A stretch of 64,000 nt of DNA from Raillietiella orientalis (Eukaryota). Positions 1-14,030 of this stretch are shown piece by piece. Both the position numbers and the translations under genes were made by a program. Positions within the stretch are counted from its first letter, which is position 1. Every line of letters begins with the position of its first letter. The stretch lies in contig JAYWIR010000022.1 in assembly GCA_036172245.1 (NCBI GenBank), positions 1,116,001-1,180,000 on the forward strand, read 5' to 3'. Below the pieces are notes generated by a model that was not told where the DNA came from, made no database searches, and saw only the letters and a program-made list of their open reading frames with translations.

Positions 1-3000
1 TATTTGGCCCACCTAACGAAACCAAATGCCAAGCAGGGAATCCACAATGAAATTTCCCCTCCTGACTGCAGAGAAAATTCGATTGCAATGAACCCAGCTC
101 TAGATGTCTCAGGAGTAGTATCCAAGGAGATCAGCGCATTGACAATCATTGTTTTTCTTATTCCCTTTCCAAATGACTATCCCCTTATGTTGATTTTCGT
201 TATTCAAATGGTTTTGTAATCTCTCGTAGACTTTTATACTGTGGAGCGTATTTTGCATACTTTGCCAAACAAAATGCATGTATCTTTTCGTTTTTTTTCC
301 TTCTTCTTCTTTACTCTGAGTTTCTTGAGCTGCTTTTATTCAGTTCGTGAAGTGCCTCATATTGGATTCCACAGTTTCGTTGTAGCAATGAAAGAAGAAT
401 TACAACTTCCTATCTTGCAGGAGTCAGCTTTGGATTATTTGGTTGAGTCGCTGTTCGAAATGAAATCTTTTCAGAAAGTGATATCTAACCCAGAAATCGC
501 GGAGGATATTTGCAAAACAGGATTCAATGGGATGTTTTAAGAGATGATCAACAAGACTAATAACGCTCTTAGTCTTCGTGGAATTCCCTCAAAAATCAAT
601 TGAATTTTTAGCGATTCCCTCGCTTCCTGAGTGGAAACTTTCCAAAGTGCTGGATATGATGAGCTGTATTTCTTTTTTTTTTCCAGCGATTTTCCTCAAG
701 ATGGAATTCACACATCGTTACTGTATGAGCTGGTAAAAACGGGTCATGCACATGCAGTGGAAACAGAACTATGAATGGTGTCCATATTACGTGCTATTCG
801 ATGCTATCATTTACCTCTTACACCTCACAAACAAACAGCACACATATTTAGAAGGAATGGAACTCAACAAGAAGGAAACCCCAAAAGGTTCATTGATGAT
901 CACAATATCAAGGAAATAAAAACCCGTCAGAAGTGAAAAATTTTTGTAGTAACGATAATAGTCGTTTATCACAAAAACAGCAACTAGAATAAGTACCACT
1001 GAATGTTAGCCGAGCTCTGTTTCTTTCACGTACAGTGATTCTATGCGAAAATGAGTTACTCCCAACAGCTTCAATTGCTGCCTGAGGCACCTGAAAGGCG
1101 AAAATTGCACAAGACCAAGAAACCTTCTTAAATTTGTTGTCCAAAAAAAATTCGAAGCAAAAAATCCTCTGAAATAGATGGTAGTGGAAGTATACTGTCC
1201 TGTAGTGCTTTGCAGAAAACAGGTGCCTCATTTGCCTAGATTTTCGTACGGTTCTTCCACATGGAAAACTCCTCTGGAGAAATATCTAAGAATGGAAACG
1301 GTTCTTATCATATCAAGGTGACTGACTAGAACATGCAGACTGCTTAAATTACATTAGCATTTCGTTTAAAATTATCAAAAAGAGATTCACATCAAACACT
1401 TAAGGCTATACCAGTTCTGTTGCTGGTCAATAGATTGACATCAGTATCAGTTGACGAATAGTCTCCTAAATGAATTTTTAGTTTGCATATAAAAAAAATC
1501 TCAAGACCCAATTCAGGAGATGTTGCTGTGCACCAACTAATGAGATGACTCTGAATGACCAAGTCTTGAAACGACGCTATAAAGTTTCAGCTTCAATGAT
1601 CACGAAGAGCGAACACTGAGAAAGTCGACAACTGCCTCGAGATAGTAGTTTCATGATTAAAGCAAGCAATTTTGGTGAAAAACAATGGGAAAGTGATTAC
1701 TAACTAATTTTATAAAAATAATGGGTTTTGCAATCATTTGTCCTCGAATTGATCGCTAATCAAGGCATCTTTGAAGCCAGAAATCATTCCTCAATAAACA
1801 AATTTCGTAACGTGGAACCGTTCGGAAGGACACTTGGTCGTTGCCACTGGTCACACCCTTCGGCTACGAAATCGAATGAGCCGGGCATCGCCTTTTTAAA
1901 AATATCAACCTCAGATCTCATGTACGCTTTAATTCTCAGCATCGACTTCTACAGGTACCGAACTAATAAGTAAAGCCGAGTATATATTATGATGGTATCC
2001 ATGATGTATCTAAGTCCTTAATGCATATATTTACATTATGTAAACAAATGAGCAAATTTCATAAAGTGGTTTCCATTACCAAACCTTATAGTTTCGAAAT
2101 GGATTTCCTATCACCGAAGAATCAACCAACCTCCACAAAGAAAAACGGGGGTGTCTTCTATTATCAGTTGCTCGAAGCTGTGTTAAGCTCGAAGTTCTGC
2201 CAGTGAACTGCAAAAAAACCATTAATACATAGATATGAAACTGGGGTGTAGACAGCAGACGATACCTAACTGATTACTGTACAAAGAATTCAAACACGAA
2301 ACGTAAATGCAGTCTACAAAGCAGAGCTCTTAAGCGATAAAACCCATTAACCAATGAGGCCGAAAAGATATATCATCACGAATTGGTACGAAGAATATCG
2401 CGGATTCGAAATTAGCAGCGCAGGTGTTTTGTCTGGATTGGAAAGTTGTTCCTTTCAGCAAATGTTTCACAGAAGTTTCAAAGCTCGCTTGGGTTGGGCC
2501 AGGTTTGAGAACAGGAGGAGCTCGAGAGCACAGCGTCAAGCAGTCGCTAAATAACGGTCCCACTTGGAAGATTCGAAAAAGTTTTGCAAAAAGACCGATT
2601 TTCGAACAAGGTGCCGACCCAAACACACCCCTCATCGAAGTTTAATTTCAATGAATACCAAATTCGATTCCAAAATATAATGGTCGTCATGGGTGGAACC
2701 TTTTTTTTTTTTTCCAGCAACTTTCCTGGATTGCATTCGTGTGGATTTAGAGTCCCACGGTCATTTCTGATGCAGAGATGCCTTTAGGCATCGCAAGAAG
2801 TTGCGGCCACGCAATCGGGGACTGAATTATGGATGCAATTTGAGGAATGTGCGCGTTTTTTGGTCTGCTTAGCTGTCCTCCTGGAAGTCCAAGAAATATT
2901 CCGGGAAGACATGCGTGGGGTGCGTTGCACTCCTGAAGCAAAAGATTAGAGCATCTGAAATGCACACTCAAGAGATGTCCAGCTACCACTATACAGTGCC

Positions 3001-3777
3001 AAGATGGTACGGAAATAGCGGGCAGTTGCCGTACTGCGAAATTATCGGCGATTCACATGAACACGTTCGATCTCAGATGATACAAAGCAGTGAATAAGAG
3101 CAAATTTACTTTAAATTCCGTAAGTGAAAAAAATGAAAAATCCAAGATTCACACAAAATGCTTTGGAAATGTCAAGGGTGACGCTTCTGGTTTGTGTGTT
3201 TACAATTTCGAAATAAAATACTGAGTACCGAATTCGAGGGCTGTTCAGTAGGATTAAGCTCATTCTCAAGACATTCGTACACACACAAAAAATAAATTTA
3301 ATGAGGATGTAAGTGAACTGGATGCTTTTGTGATCACCTGCACATTTCCCGCCATGATCCGCCAGCAGAAACTGTAACTCATAATGAAAAATTTTTAGAT
3401 CTCTCAAAATCATCAGTGAAGTCACAGTATGATTACAATCTTCACCAAGATAGTGACAGACTTTAAGTGAAATCGATAATTTACCGCAATAATAATTGAT
3501 TCAAAGTCTACCCAAATCATAGATAAAAGTTTGGCACAATAGAAATCAAGACAAGGATCGTGGGTTTGGGGATCCCCCTGATAAAACAATATTTACGAAT
3601 GAGAAAGTGTCCGAACTTTTTTTTTTTTTTTTGTTGTCTGCCCACTTTATCCCTGAAGAATCAAATATAGCAAACACATTACGGCACTCAGCTTCACGAT
3701 TAAACTACGAATAAAGAAGTTTTACAGAGCAAATGCCAACGCAGTGACAGAACAGAAAAAGATTTTCAGAATTTGAC

Positions 3778-4062
3778 CTCCCCGCTGCAAGTGCAATAGC
3801 CAACTTAATTACTGACACACAGCAATCGCTCAATGATGTGCGAGTGACCTCCAGACGTTTCTTCGCCAGTAACTCGATGGTATGGTAACATTGTACGAGC
3901 ATACGAGCTTCCTCCCCCTAACTGCTTAACATTTAATAATTGCCTGAGTCAAATGCTCGTTTTTTTTTGACATTGAGGCATTACAGCGATCTGCGTACAA
4001 TCACTAATCGATAATTCAGTTTTCAATGTAGCCTGGCATACGAATAGGGCCATCTTGACTGC
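3778..4062 (-). CDS. Putative exons of an unidentified gene (partial)
   Basis: Short GT-AG-bounded segments splice in frame to AVKMALFVCQATLKTELSISDCTQIA|GEEARMLVQCYHTIELLAKKRLE|LAIALAAG. No family recognised and gene ends not resolved. Confidence 0.3.
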
Positions 4063-4764
4063 AGCTACACACACACTTCACACATACTGCATCTATGAAC
4101 TGTCCTGCTGATTGGATTTCGAATTTGCAATGTATGTTCTCAATTTGTTCTCTGTACGAAAATCTTGCGGCTCGGAAGACGAAAAAAGTTCCATTTACCA
4201 ACTCACAAGCCATCATACTTAAACAAGGGAAAACTAATAACACCTTTAAGAGATACCAGGTCTGCGGTCTTTACAATTATGCCTCAATGGATAAAACATA
4301 AATTATCACATCGACGGAAGGAATCCTCTTTCTAAAGGAAAAATTTGCATAAGACTATCATCAGCTAATATATTTTTTCTGCCAGAAATAATATTTTTGC
4401 TTGTGTTCTTTAAGAGGGCTTCTAGATAACCATGAATTACATATTTATTTCGGGGAAAACCACAAATTTCATGGTGTGTAATCACATGACCATTTTTTAG
4501 TCCGTAAAACATATTGCCATTAAAAATTGAGTCGCCTTCAAATTACCTCTTCCTTTTTCTCTATGCTGTTTCGAACCTCACAACTTATGCATATACGAAA
4601 TTCCTCATAATAGTATCAAAACAGCCAAATAAATAAATGTCAAAAACATCAGGAAAGGATTAAAAAGCAGCATGTGACTTCAAATTAATAGTCACATCAT
4701 TTTTGAATAATGGATAAACTTATGAAACATGGAAACGGATACCACGTGATTATTTGAAACCTTT

Positions 4765-7700
4765 TTATGGTTTCATTGGAAACAAATTGATGTACTCAAT
4801 GTCATGACTGCCATGTACAACCTGTATCCGTAATATGCACTCAAATGGCTGCTGCAAGGAAAACAAAAAAATTAAACCATGAAAACTACCAGCACGTGCT
4901 GTTTCTGTCTGATGTTGAACTTGCATTGGTAACAAAATCACAAGAAATGCACCTGTGTTCCCTGGGGTTGTCTTTGAAATGAATAGATTCAGCTGTTAAA
5001 CAAGTGATTTAGAATTTATAAAAGGTCTTTATTATTAAAAGTTTTTGCTGAACACTTCTAATTATTGCATGAATCTCATAAATTAACACTTACCCTAAGG
5101 GATGTCAAGCATAATTTATTAACCACCATCATGGTAATTATAATTTGGTACATTCAAAATTTGTTTACTTTTCCTCTAACAGTCTCTTCTTCAAAAGAAA
5201 CTGCGAACAAATTGTTGATTTTAAAATCTGACTCATGCTTCTAAAACATCAAATTGCAATTCTACTAATGACAATCTTAAAATTGCATGAGTTGATAGCA
5301 AAAAACACCAAAACATGCATCCATCTGCTCCAGCAACTGGACAACCCAAGTAAAAGACAATAATTTAAGGTTATTAAACTCAGCTTTCTGCAGTATAACT
5401 TTATTGTTTTTCGATTTCAATGTTTCATTGCAAATTCAAAACATTCTCTATATTTCTTTGGTCGAAAATTGTATTGCTGTGTGTGTGTGTGTGTGTGTGT
5501 AGAGAGAGAGAGAGAAAAAAAAAAGCAAATCATTTTCAATTGATTTCCCATGATTTCCATGGGCATAAGAATCAAAAATCCAAATCCAATCTATAAACGT
5601 TCGTGTTCCATGGATCAACTTTTCTAAGTCTGTTTTTCCTTCAAATATGTAGGGAAACAACATGAATGCAACAGAAGGCGATTAGAGAAAAGAATGACAA
5701 ATCAACTGATTATTCAAGACATGAATGTGTAAGTCCAGCCATAAAAGTACATACTTCTCTCAGAAGGCATTATTAGGCCATTCTCAGTGCTCATTACTAT
5801 CTGATGCAATAAGTTTGCTGTAACAGGTTGATGCTAGAAGCACTCAGCTGCAAGCAATATACGTGTGACATACATATCACATATTTTATCTGTCACAAAG
5901 CCTATTATGGTTGAGATGAATTCGTGAAGGCATTAAAATCTTAACAATTCTAAATTAAGATCTTTAATCTGCTCATCTGCTTACAAAGAAGATGCCTATA
6001 TTCGAAGAGGTCCAAAGGATTCCTTACGGGAAAAAGGGTGAATGATTAAGTAATTAACAGACTTTTACACAAGCACACTACTCGAAAATTATGAATTTGA
6101 AGTTACATTTCCTAACATATGGTGGGAGAGGCATACAGTTTTCAGTAAATAACCTACTGCAAACCTTACAAAGCGGATACCCGTAAGTTTATCGCAAAAA
6201 TGAGCAGTTCCATAATCTAAGTACTAAGCAACTTTTAAGAATCACATATTACTTCAAATCACCAATGGACAACTAATTGCCCATTTCCGGCTTAAAACTT
6301 ACAATTTCTGTACCTTCTTCCCTAAGTTTCGTTCTTATGCACCTACTTTTAAAAATAATGATATACTATAAATGGTACGGCAGAACCGGCAGTGTATTAC
6401 TCTCTATACTGTATGCAAAGCAAAATTGAGGCAAAGACCCTCTTTCGTGGACCACAGCCACAAGCCCGCTGTGGCTGCAGGCGAGTTTGCACTGCTGGGG
6501 TCTCTGCAGCTTTCACTTGGAGCACCTCCAGAGCTCGGGGGCCGATTTGACATTTGGAACTTTGCACAAAGAATGTGCTCCGATTTATGCTCACATGAAG
6601 AAGAAGAAAAATGAACTGATCTAAAAGACCCATCAGCTTTCAATCCTATAGAACTTTCTCTCGAAAAACGGTGAGGTGCTCGACAGCAGAGAGAAAGGAA
6701 AGATCAGGAAACGGCTACATCACTTCAGACGCACTTTGTATAGGAGCAACAGCACCTCATTCTGAGACTTTGGAGTTGCTGTTGTATTTAATTTCACTGA
6801 AATCAGGTGAGCTACAGTGAGCTAAAAAAAAAAAACTCTGATGAGCAAAAAAAAAACTTCCCTACCTTCAAAAAAAGCAAAGTACACTAATGAAGTAAGA
6901 GAAAATAAATTTTGCCACAAAGTGTTGCTCTGTGAAAACAGCATTAGAAATAAAACACTCTACGAATTTAGTGTAATAGGATCATGCACATTCATAATGT
7001 AAAAAAAAAAAAAACACCAATCTATTTTAAATGCGTAAGGCTAAAATATTAAGAGTCTATCTATGGGTATCAATGGAATTCTCACTGTAGAATTAAGGAA
7101 TCCAAATAATTCATAAGGTTTCGAATATTTATGAGCCTTCTTTTTAATGGCATTTCTGACATTGGCAGCAATCATTAGTCTTCGAGTTTTTGTGCGTAGA
7201 ATGATGCAGTTGCAGATACGTTGTGGCGAAGAAATAATCATGGTAGCAGCAAAATAAGCCATAACGTTATTCTATGCCATGCATATCGTGGGATTCTTTC
7301 GTGCTTTCAAATCAGTTACATCTTGTTTGCTAAATTCCTAGAACAAGAACTGTTATCGTTTTTTGTGTGATATAATAAACGAAGACTGTTCACAGCCCTC
7401 TACTGTTCAAATTCCATTACTGTAGTCCATCGACAAGCGCTGAAATGGCAGGAAAAGGAAGGAGTTAAGTTCCGTTCCCATGCTCTGGTGCTTTTGTAAT
7501 TTAGCAGTCAAAATACTCTTTATTCAAAGATCTTTGACAAAAAGATCCTGAGACTCCTGCTTTTGAGAACAGCTGCCTGCAATCAAACACAAAACAAACC
7601 AGTGGCCCAGTAAACTATGAAAAGCCTTCCAATATGTGGCACTCATCCACTTTCCTTCAGTGCTTATTCCCCAAATTTGTACTCTTTCTCTCACAGGCGA

Positions 7701-8035
7701 AGCAAAAACAGTATTAGAGGAAGGAAACTTACAATGTCAGTAATGCATCGTACGAAGTTCGGAGAGGTATTCCGTAGAATCTGAGAAGCTGGAGATCCAG
7801 TCCGATGACAGCCTTTCCTGTGAGACGGAAGTAGGTGCATTTCCCATTGCCCGCCTAAGAGCACCCAGACTACCTCTAGACATACTCCTTCCTAAAGGCT
7901 CATTCTTAGTCTGGCCTTAGAATAAGAGGCTAAAGTGCAAACCCCTTTGAATGCAATAAGTAAATAAAAATCCATTACGATCCAAATTTGAGGTTGAAGA
8001 TGAACTCGAAGAAGAAAGACGATCAGTAAGAAAAT
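4765..8035 (-). CDS. Putative multi-exon gene of unknown function (partial model)
   Basis: A chain of small open exons with polypyrimidine-AG acceptors and mostly GT donors. Examples: DFLTDRLSSSSSSSTSNLD (from 8035), LTVAHLISVKLNTTATPKSQNE|PFPDLSFLSAVEHLTVF... (~6822-6440), KAEFNNLKLLSFTWVVQLLEQMD (5387-5319), KHESDFKINNLFAVSFEEETVRGK (from 5240), and a last exon QPFECILRIQVVHGSHDIEYINLFPMKP* (stop at 4765). Some junctions are ambiguous. Confidence 0.35.
5478..5524. repeat. Compound microsatellite (TG)n(AG)n followed by an A-run
   Basis: Directly visible: about 11 TG units, then 7 AG units, then poly-A. Confidence 0.95.
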
Positions 8036-8099
8036 CTGCATATGAGATCAAAAGTTACTTATTCAGTAAAGTGATTAGGAGTGCAATCACTTTGATATT

Positions 8100-10900
8100 T
8101 CGCAGGGATAAGTATGAGAGGTTCAAATTATACTGATTTCGACAATTTGTTGATTTGAAGTGAACGTAATACTGACGCTATCGCTCCTCTAATCATAGAG
8201 CAAGGAGTCAGCGGAGAATATGCATCAGCAGTTGAATAAGAACATGAAATGCACGTGGCAAATGGGTTACGTCGCAAATTATTGAGATGGCATTTGATGT
8301 TTCTTGAAAGGGATGGTTCAAAGTACCCATGAAATGGATTTAGGGAATTTTAAAATTGGCAGGAAATATTATGTGTTAGGAAGAGGAGTCAAAAAATATC
8401 TGGAAAAAAGGGAGTAGGAGTCGTATCGGAATAAGAGCTAATTCCATAACAAAACCAGGAAGATCATGATGCTTAAGCAAACCGCACAGAGAACCAAAAA
8501 CAGGCTTTGGAGCTCAGGTATTCAGCAGAGATAAAAGGTTAAGACTGAAACTGCGAAGTGTTTGAGAGAAATTATAATGGAAAGAATGATGAAAATGATT
8601 GGGAAAATGAGAAAATGCTATTTTATTTTCGCGATGTTATAGGAGGGGCTGCTAAGAGTTGAAAATTCCTCTTCTATAGTTGAAATGAGTTGGGATAGTT
8701 TGTAAAGCCAGAAGTCATTTCTTGAAATCTTGAAGTGAACACCTTCCGATTTTGACGAAAACAACTAGAAACAAACAAAACCATAGAAATTTGATCCAAG
8801 CAGCAATGGATTATCTGCATTCCTTGCTTTCGAATTTCGTTTCTTTTATTTTATTTTTTTTCATATACTGGAAAACATGCAAGCAACTTTAGTTCTTCAT
8901 TCAGCACTGAGACTCCGGTGCACGAGGGAGAAGGGAAAGTGCTACATGGACGAAATACCAACTTTGGATGCTTTCTTAGTGTCTGATACTTCCTGAGGTG
9001 TCGACATATGCAATCATAATTTGCAATCGAAAGCAGCGACTCATATTTGTGGGAACAAAAATAAATCCTTTCTTCATTGTCTTCTGAGGTGCCATTCCTT
9101 TGGGCCTCCCTAGCTCACAGAAGAACATGAGTATGAAGGTTCTTCGCGTTTTCTTTCCCAATATTATGACTTTGGAATTGATTGGAAATCTCTTTGTTTT
9201 TGTCTAGATCCAAATTTGTAGACGTTACAGATACTGCAAGTATGAGGGACAGGGAAATGAAGAAAAATGACAGCAAGCAAGACTTTGATCCCTAAGATAC
9301 AGAGCTTATTCAGAGATATCTTCAAGCTAAACACAGGTTATGAGGAGTTCTTTTTAGAAGACGGATTTATTTTCAAATACAGTTTCAGTTTTTTGAAAAC
9401 ATTCCACGGTCGCGTTTGCTGTTAAACCAGCTCAGGCTTTTTATTTCGGATCGTCGAGTAAACCTTCGGCATACAGCAAGTAATCTCTTTGGATGCTGCT
9501 GTGAGATCATGAAGGCATACAGCTCTCTCAACATGCTTTTTCAAAAAGATACCTAATCTTGGTTCAAAGCATCAAAATCAATCTGACATGAAGTGCGCAC
9601 AATGGAGAAGAAATTCGCTCATTGCAGTAGTTATTTGAAGACTTGTGAAAGTAGGAGCAAACCCACATCTCAACACTTAATTTTTACAAAAGTTTTTCCA
9701 AGTCAGCAATATTTTGATTTACGGCTGCGGAAAATTGCAGTGCTGTGAAAGAACAAGAGTTCATTACTCCTGTGCGCAAGGGAGGAACGAAAGTAATCTT
9801 ATTTACCAGATCGGTCAATAGGAAGGTTCTGAGCATCAATATAGACTTTGAATGCAGAGCAAATAACAAGTTTGATTCTGCAAAAGGAAATCAATTATTA
9901 GAAGAGGAGATCGAACACAAATGCTTTCATTAGGATACCAGTGGATGTCATTTAAATCTCAAATGAGAAGTTTAGGATCTAACGATATTCCCTTTTTTGA
10001 TGATGGCAGTGAGATGCTCTCTGGTTTCCTTCAATGATCTGCGTCATCCCGTTAATAGAAGTCTCTATGAAACGAATATGAGAAACAACGAAAACAGAAA
10101 AGTGAATTCCTAAATGACATGGATTCTGAAGATTATGTTACTTATGTTTATGGAGCTGTTAAGATTGTGTTTGTCCACTTTCCTCAAGAAATGAAGTTTG
10201 TATCATATTTAGAACTGGTATTATCTGTGCATGATTCACGGTGAGAAGAGGCCTCATTCCGAGCTAACCAAGCAATGGAGAAGATTTCCAACTTCCTATG
10301 TGGATGGATGAGGAAGATCAATTATGGGAGAAAAATCATTAATTATTGCAAAGAATGAGAATGATTTTACCATTTTGCCATTTCTGAGACTTATACTGAA
10401 AGCGTAATGCAACTTGCACATCATCATCTATCGCATTTCCGCAACCCTCGTAAAAAAAAAAAAAAAAATCTAGATACTCTAATTTCAATCCTTGTTAACA
10501 AGAATAGTAGAATGCATTTCTACGAGGAAAATGCGGTAAATGATGACGTGGAATCCTTGAATCAGAGTGTTGCCTTACTACAGGTAATTTGTCAGACTTG
10601 GGATCCTTTCCATTGTAACTGATGAGGCTCGAGTCTCGCTCTTCACAGAGTGGAGGAGAACTTTCCAAGAAATCATCCTTGGAATATTTTGAATCATTGG
10701 AATTGGACTGTACCACAAGGGAGTAGTGACACTAAGTGAGAGCGCATCAGCAGGTAAGAACAGTTCAAAGAGGTTTCTCAGGCTATACAGAAGAGGTATT
10801 ATATTTGTTCGGGAGAAACATCTACACTCAAAAATTTGCACTCTCGGCACGCTGCCTTGCATTGGGAATGCAAGAGAGCGTGCTCAGATGTGTTGAGCTT
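8100..10900 (-). mobile_element. Highly decayed Tx1/L1-like non-LTR retrotransposon ORF2 remnant
   Basis: Minus-strand motifs in the expected order: DFLESSPPLCEE (pre-RT linker, ~10680), IIPVLNM (cf. RPISLLN, ~10215), LVNKITFVPPLRTGVMNSCSFTALQF (cf. GVRQGCPLSPLLF, ~9810-9730), and a C-terminal NPFATCISC zinc-knuckle remnant (~8250). Many stops and frameshifts; ends approximate. Confidence 0.55.
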
Positions 10901-11149
10901 TCTTTCCTCTTTCTTTCCCTGCTTAATGTTCATGCAGTACTTTCTGACTCACAATACGTAGGCACTCAGATGTACGCAATCTGAGCATGGAAGTTTATAT
11001 TCTGAGCGGGAAACCCTTATGCAATCCCATCATTCAAGCAGCTTGTAATAACGTCGCAGCTGTTTGTGGTTTTCCTCCTTTTTACGCATACGTGCCCGTC
11101 ATCTCATCTAACCTGATGAAATCACCGTCTAACATCTGATTTCTGTATC

Positions 11150-12400
11150 CCAGCCCCATCGTAAGCTCTTATATATAGCTCTCTAGCTTTTACTGCTTAA
11201 AAGATATTTTTGTGAATTGGTTCTATTATCCTGGCAGCTAGATTGACATATTCCGATGAACCTTTCTATTATTTGCGCAAATTATTGTATCCGTATCTGC
11301 ATTTAACTTGTCTCGTCATGTGGATGTTAACAACACCAAGGATATCACAGACTTTGGCCCTTTAGAGCTTTTTGCTATTTTTTTTTCTTTTAGTGAGTAT
11401 AATCTGTACGAGAGCTTTCGGGACAGTATGAGAATGTATGATATCATGTGATCCACAATCTTCGCTGGCACTATGATGGTATATTTTCATCTTTTTATGA
11501 AGGATCCTTTCTCTTAAAAAGCGCAGTACATACACCATTTTGGACTGCAAACTTGCTCTCTTAAACAGTAGCACAGAGTTGTCATCTTGCACCCTGGAGG
11601 GTCCTTCTCGTATACGCTCCTTTGGTACTGACCTTGTTTTCGTTTTTTCATGAATAGGATCATTCTGCAGTTTAGTGAGATGTTTTGCTCTCATCGTGCT
11701 CCATAGCTGATAATTGGCTTCAGAGAAAGTCTGGATTGCATCTCCAAATAATATAATTCGTCGTGTTTACTACCAAAAACTGCATAGACAATTATTTTAT
11801 TATAGACGGACATATCTTTCAACAAATGATAGCAGCACTAGAAGTTCTGGCATTGGCATGATTCCCTGCAATCCCAGATAACATGCGTCACGGCGAACTG
11901 CACACGCTGGCCTTCTCCTACAGGATTTGTCAGACATATGATCACACATATGAATTTCTTCGATCTTGGCGTCCGTGTTGCCACCATTCATGATGAAATA
12001 GAAGAGTGTATTCCAAAGGGTGTATTTCAAATATTACATTTTTTAGTATTTGAATTTTGCAATTTCATGTCCATTGAGCATCACCAGCTCACTGTCACTC
12101 GAAAGCTTTGTGCCTTCGTGTGTTAAGAGTTTTTAGTCATTAATAAGTTCTATTTGAAGAAGTAAGGTTCAGTTTAATACGTGTAGAACTTGTGACACTT
12201 TTTCATCATTTCCAAGAATATCTGGGTGCTTTTTCGGATGATTCGGCTCATAGTCATAGTCAGTAAGCAAGTTCTGAGACAGAAGTGGAGTATGTGGCAG
12301 CACTGTGGATTGGCGATTCAGAAGCGTTCGGTTTCTTACCAATCGCACTGATTACGACTTCACACTGAGCCTCATTTAACCCAAATCTCAAGAGCAGCAC
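11150..12400 (-). mobile_element. Possible Ty3/gypsy pol remnant (RNase H plus integrase)
   Basis: ATYSTSVSELA (cf. NYSTxExELLA, ~12290), LRERILHKKMKIYHHSASEDCGSH (cf. integrase HHCC LRxxILxxxHxxxxxGH, ~11520-11450) and KVCDILGV (cf. LCxxLGI, ~11350), in RH-then-IN order. Very degenerate; no LTRs found. Confidence 0.35.
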
Positions 12401-13987
12401 TTTCAGTCCGAGCTTAGACAGAACCGAAGATTCAGTTCTTCACGTACTCTACTCTTGTTCTATAAAATTAGCAGCACAGAAAAGAAGTACTTTCTCAAAT
12501 AAGTGTAAAAAGAATCGGTAATCGATTATGCAGAATACTGTAGGCACATATAAAAGAAAGTTCTTAGCATTGCATAATTTTCAGCTTTAATATTTTTGCT
12601 TTCCAGGACTTTTTTATGAGTCGGCCTTCTTGGTTCCGCGACCATTAAAATATTGGGTGTATCAGCACCTTTCATTAGGCGTGGCAACTACTATGCGGGT
12701 TACCCTCAAGCAAGCTTTGACCGACACTGTGGTTCCAGAATTGGTTCAGCAGGTGGGTGTCATTATCACTAAAGAACTGACATGGTTGAGTGTGATCTCT
12801 ATTGGTAGTTGGAAAACTTACAAGTTTACGCCTAGTTAGGATGAGCTTTTCGACAAAGTAACTGTTCCGTTGTGAAGATCTGGTACCTGCGATCCTTACC
12901 ATTTCTCAAATGATCTTGTAATCGGAATGCCCGACAGTTTCCCTGAAAAGGAAATTCGAGTAGCGAACTTCTCAATACCATTTTTTATCCCAGGAAGAAA
13001 AGACACTGCAATTGTTTGGTGTCTCCATTACGTAGCTTTTCATTATTCTTGGCGTCCTCTAGCTGAAGAATGATTCAGATATATCGTCCGATTAGCCTGA
13101 AATAAGCAGTAGAATTCTTAGCTCTTTCATCGTTTGATCTTCTGTCTATCCTTGTTCTCAAGGAGTGGCTTCTTTTCTTTTTTTTTTTCCTTTCTAAATA
13201 CATTTCGAAAAGTCTAAGCCTTCATGGAGTGATTTTCTATCGGATTGCAGTGCTGTAATCATCAAGCGGCTTCACGTATTTTGTTCAGGCTGCTAGATTC
13301 ATATGGGCAGCAGTATTATTCATCAGGTGCTCTTCGCTGTTACGATAGGGGTGGGGGGATCTTGTGGTGAGAAGTGATAGAAGAATGCATGGAAGCTTCG
13401 CTGGTTCGAAAGACAGTGACCCAAGAGAGCTCCTAAGAATCATCCGTATACTGTGCTTTATGCTATTTGTCAGTTTCGAGGGTTCTTAGGGTTGTATCTC
13501 CTAAATGTTAATTTCAGTTCTTCTTTTTTTTTTTTTTTGCATCTTTATACCGTTCACTCTCATACCTATCGTGCAACCGCGTATGCGAAGGCTTGTTACT
13601 CATGCAAGCTGTAGATTGAGATAATAGTTTGTGGATTACTATCTGTCAGCGGAGTAGGAAAACTGGAAACTCATTGAAAATATAGGAACTCTGTTTTGAA
13701 ACTTATTAGTTCGTTCGAATTTTTTATAGAATCTTGGTCTGCCCTTTTACCGTGCCTATTCCTTGTTCCTTTTTCAACCCAATGTATCGACGACCCCATA
13801 ACAAGTAAGCAAAAAACTTCGCACTCTTATAAGGCGCGTAGGGCAGAAGAAAGCTTTTTGGGAAATGAGCAATCTTGAGTTTTTGTTGCGATAACCTATA
13901 AATTTCTGCTTACTGTAGATAGTTATCTGCAAAATTGAGAAGTACCTGTTTCCACAACTGAGCTCTTATTTACAACGCCATTTCAGT

Positions 13988-14003
13988 AATAATAATAATA
14001 ATA
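13988..14003. repeat. (AAT)n microsatellite
   Basis: Directly visible run of about 5 AAT units. Confidence 0.9.
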
Positions 14004-14030
14004 ACTATACATTTGAATGTAGAGCAGTAA

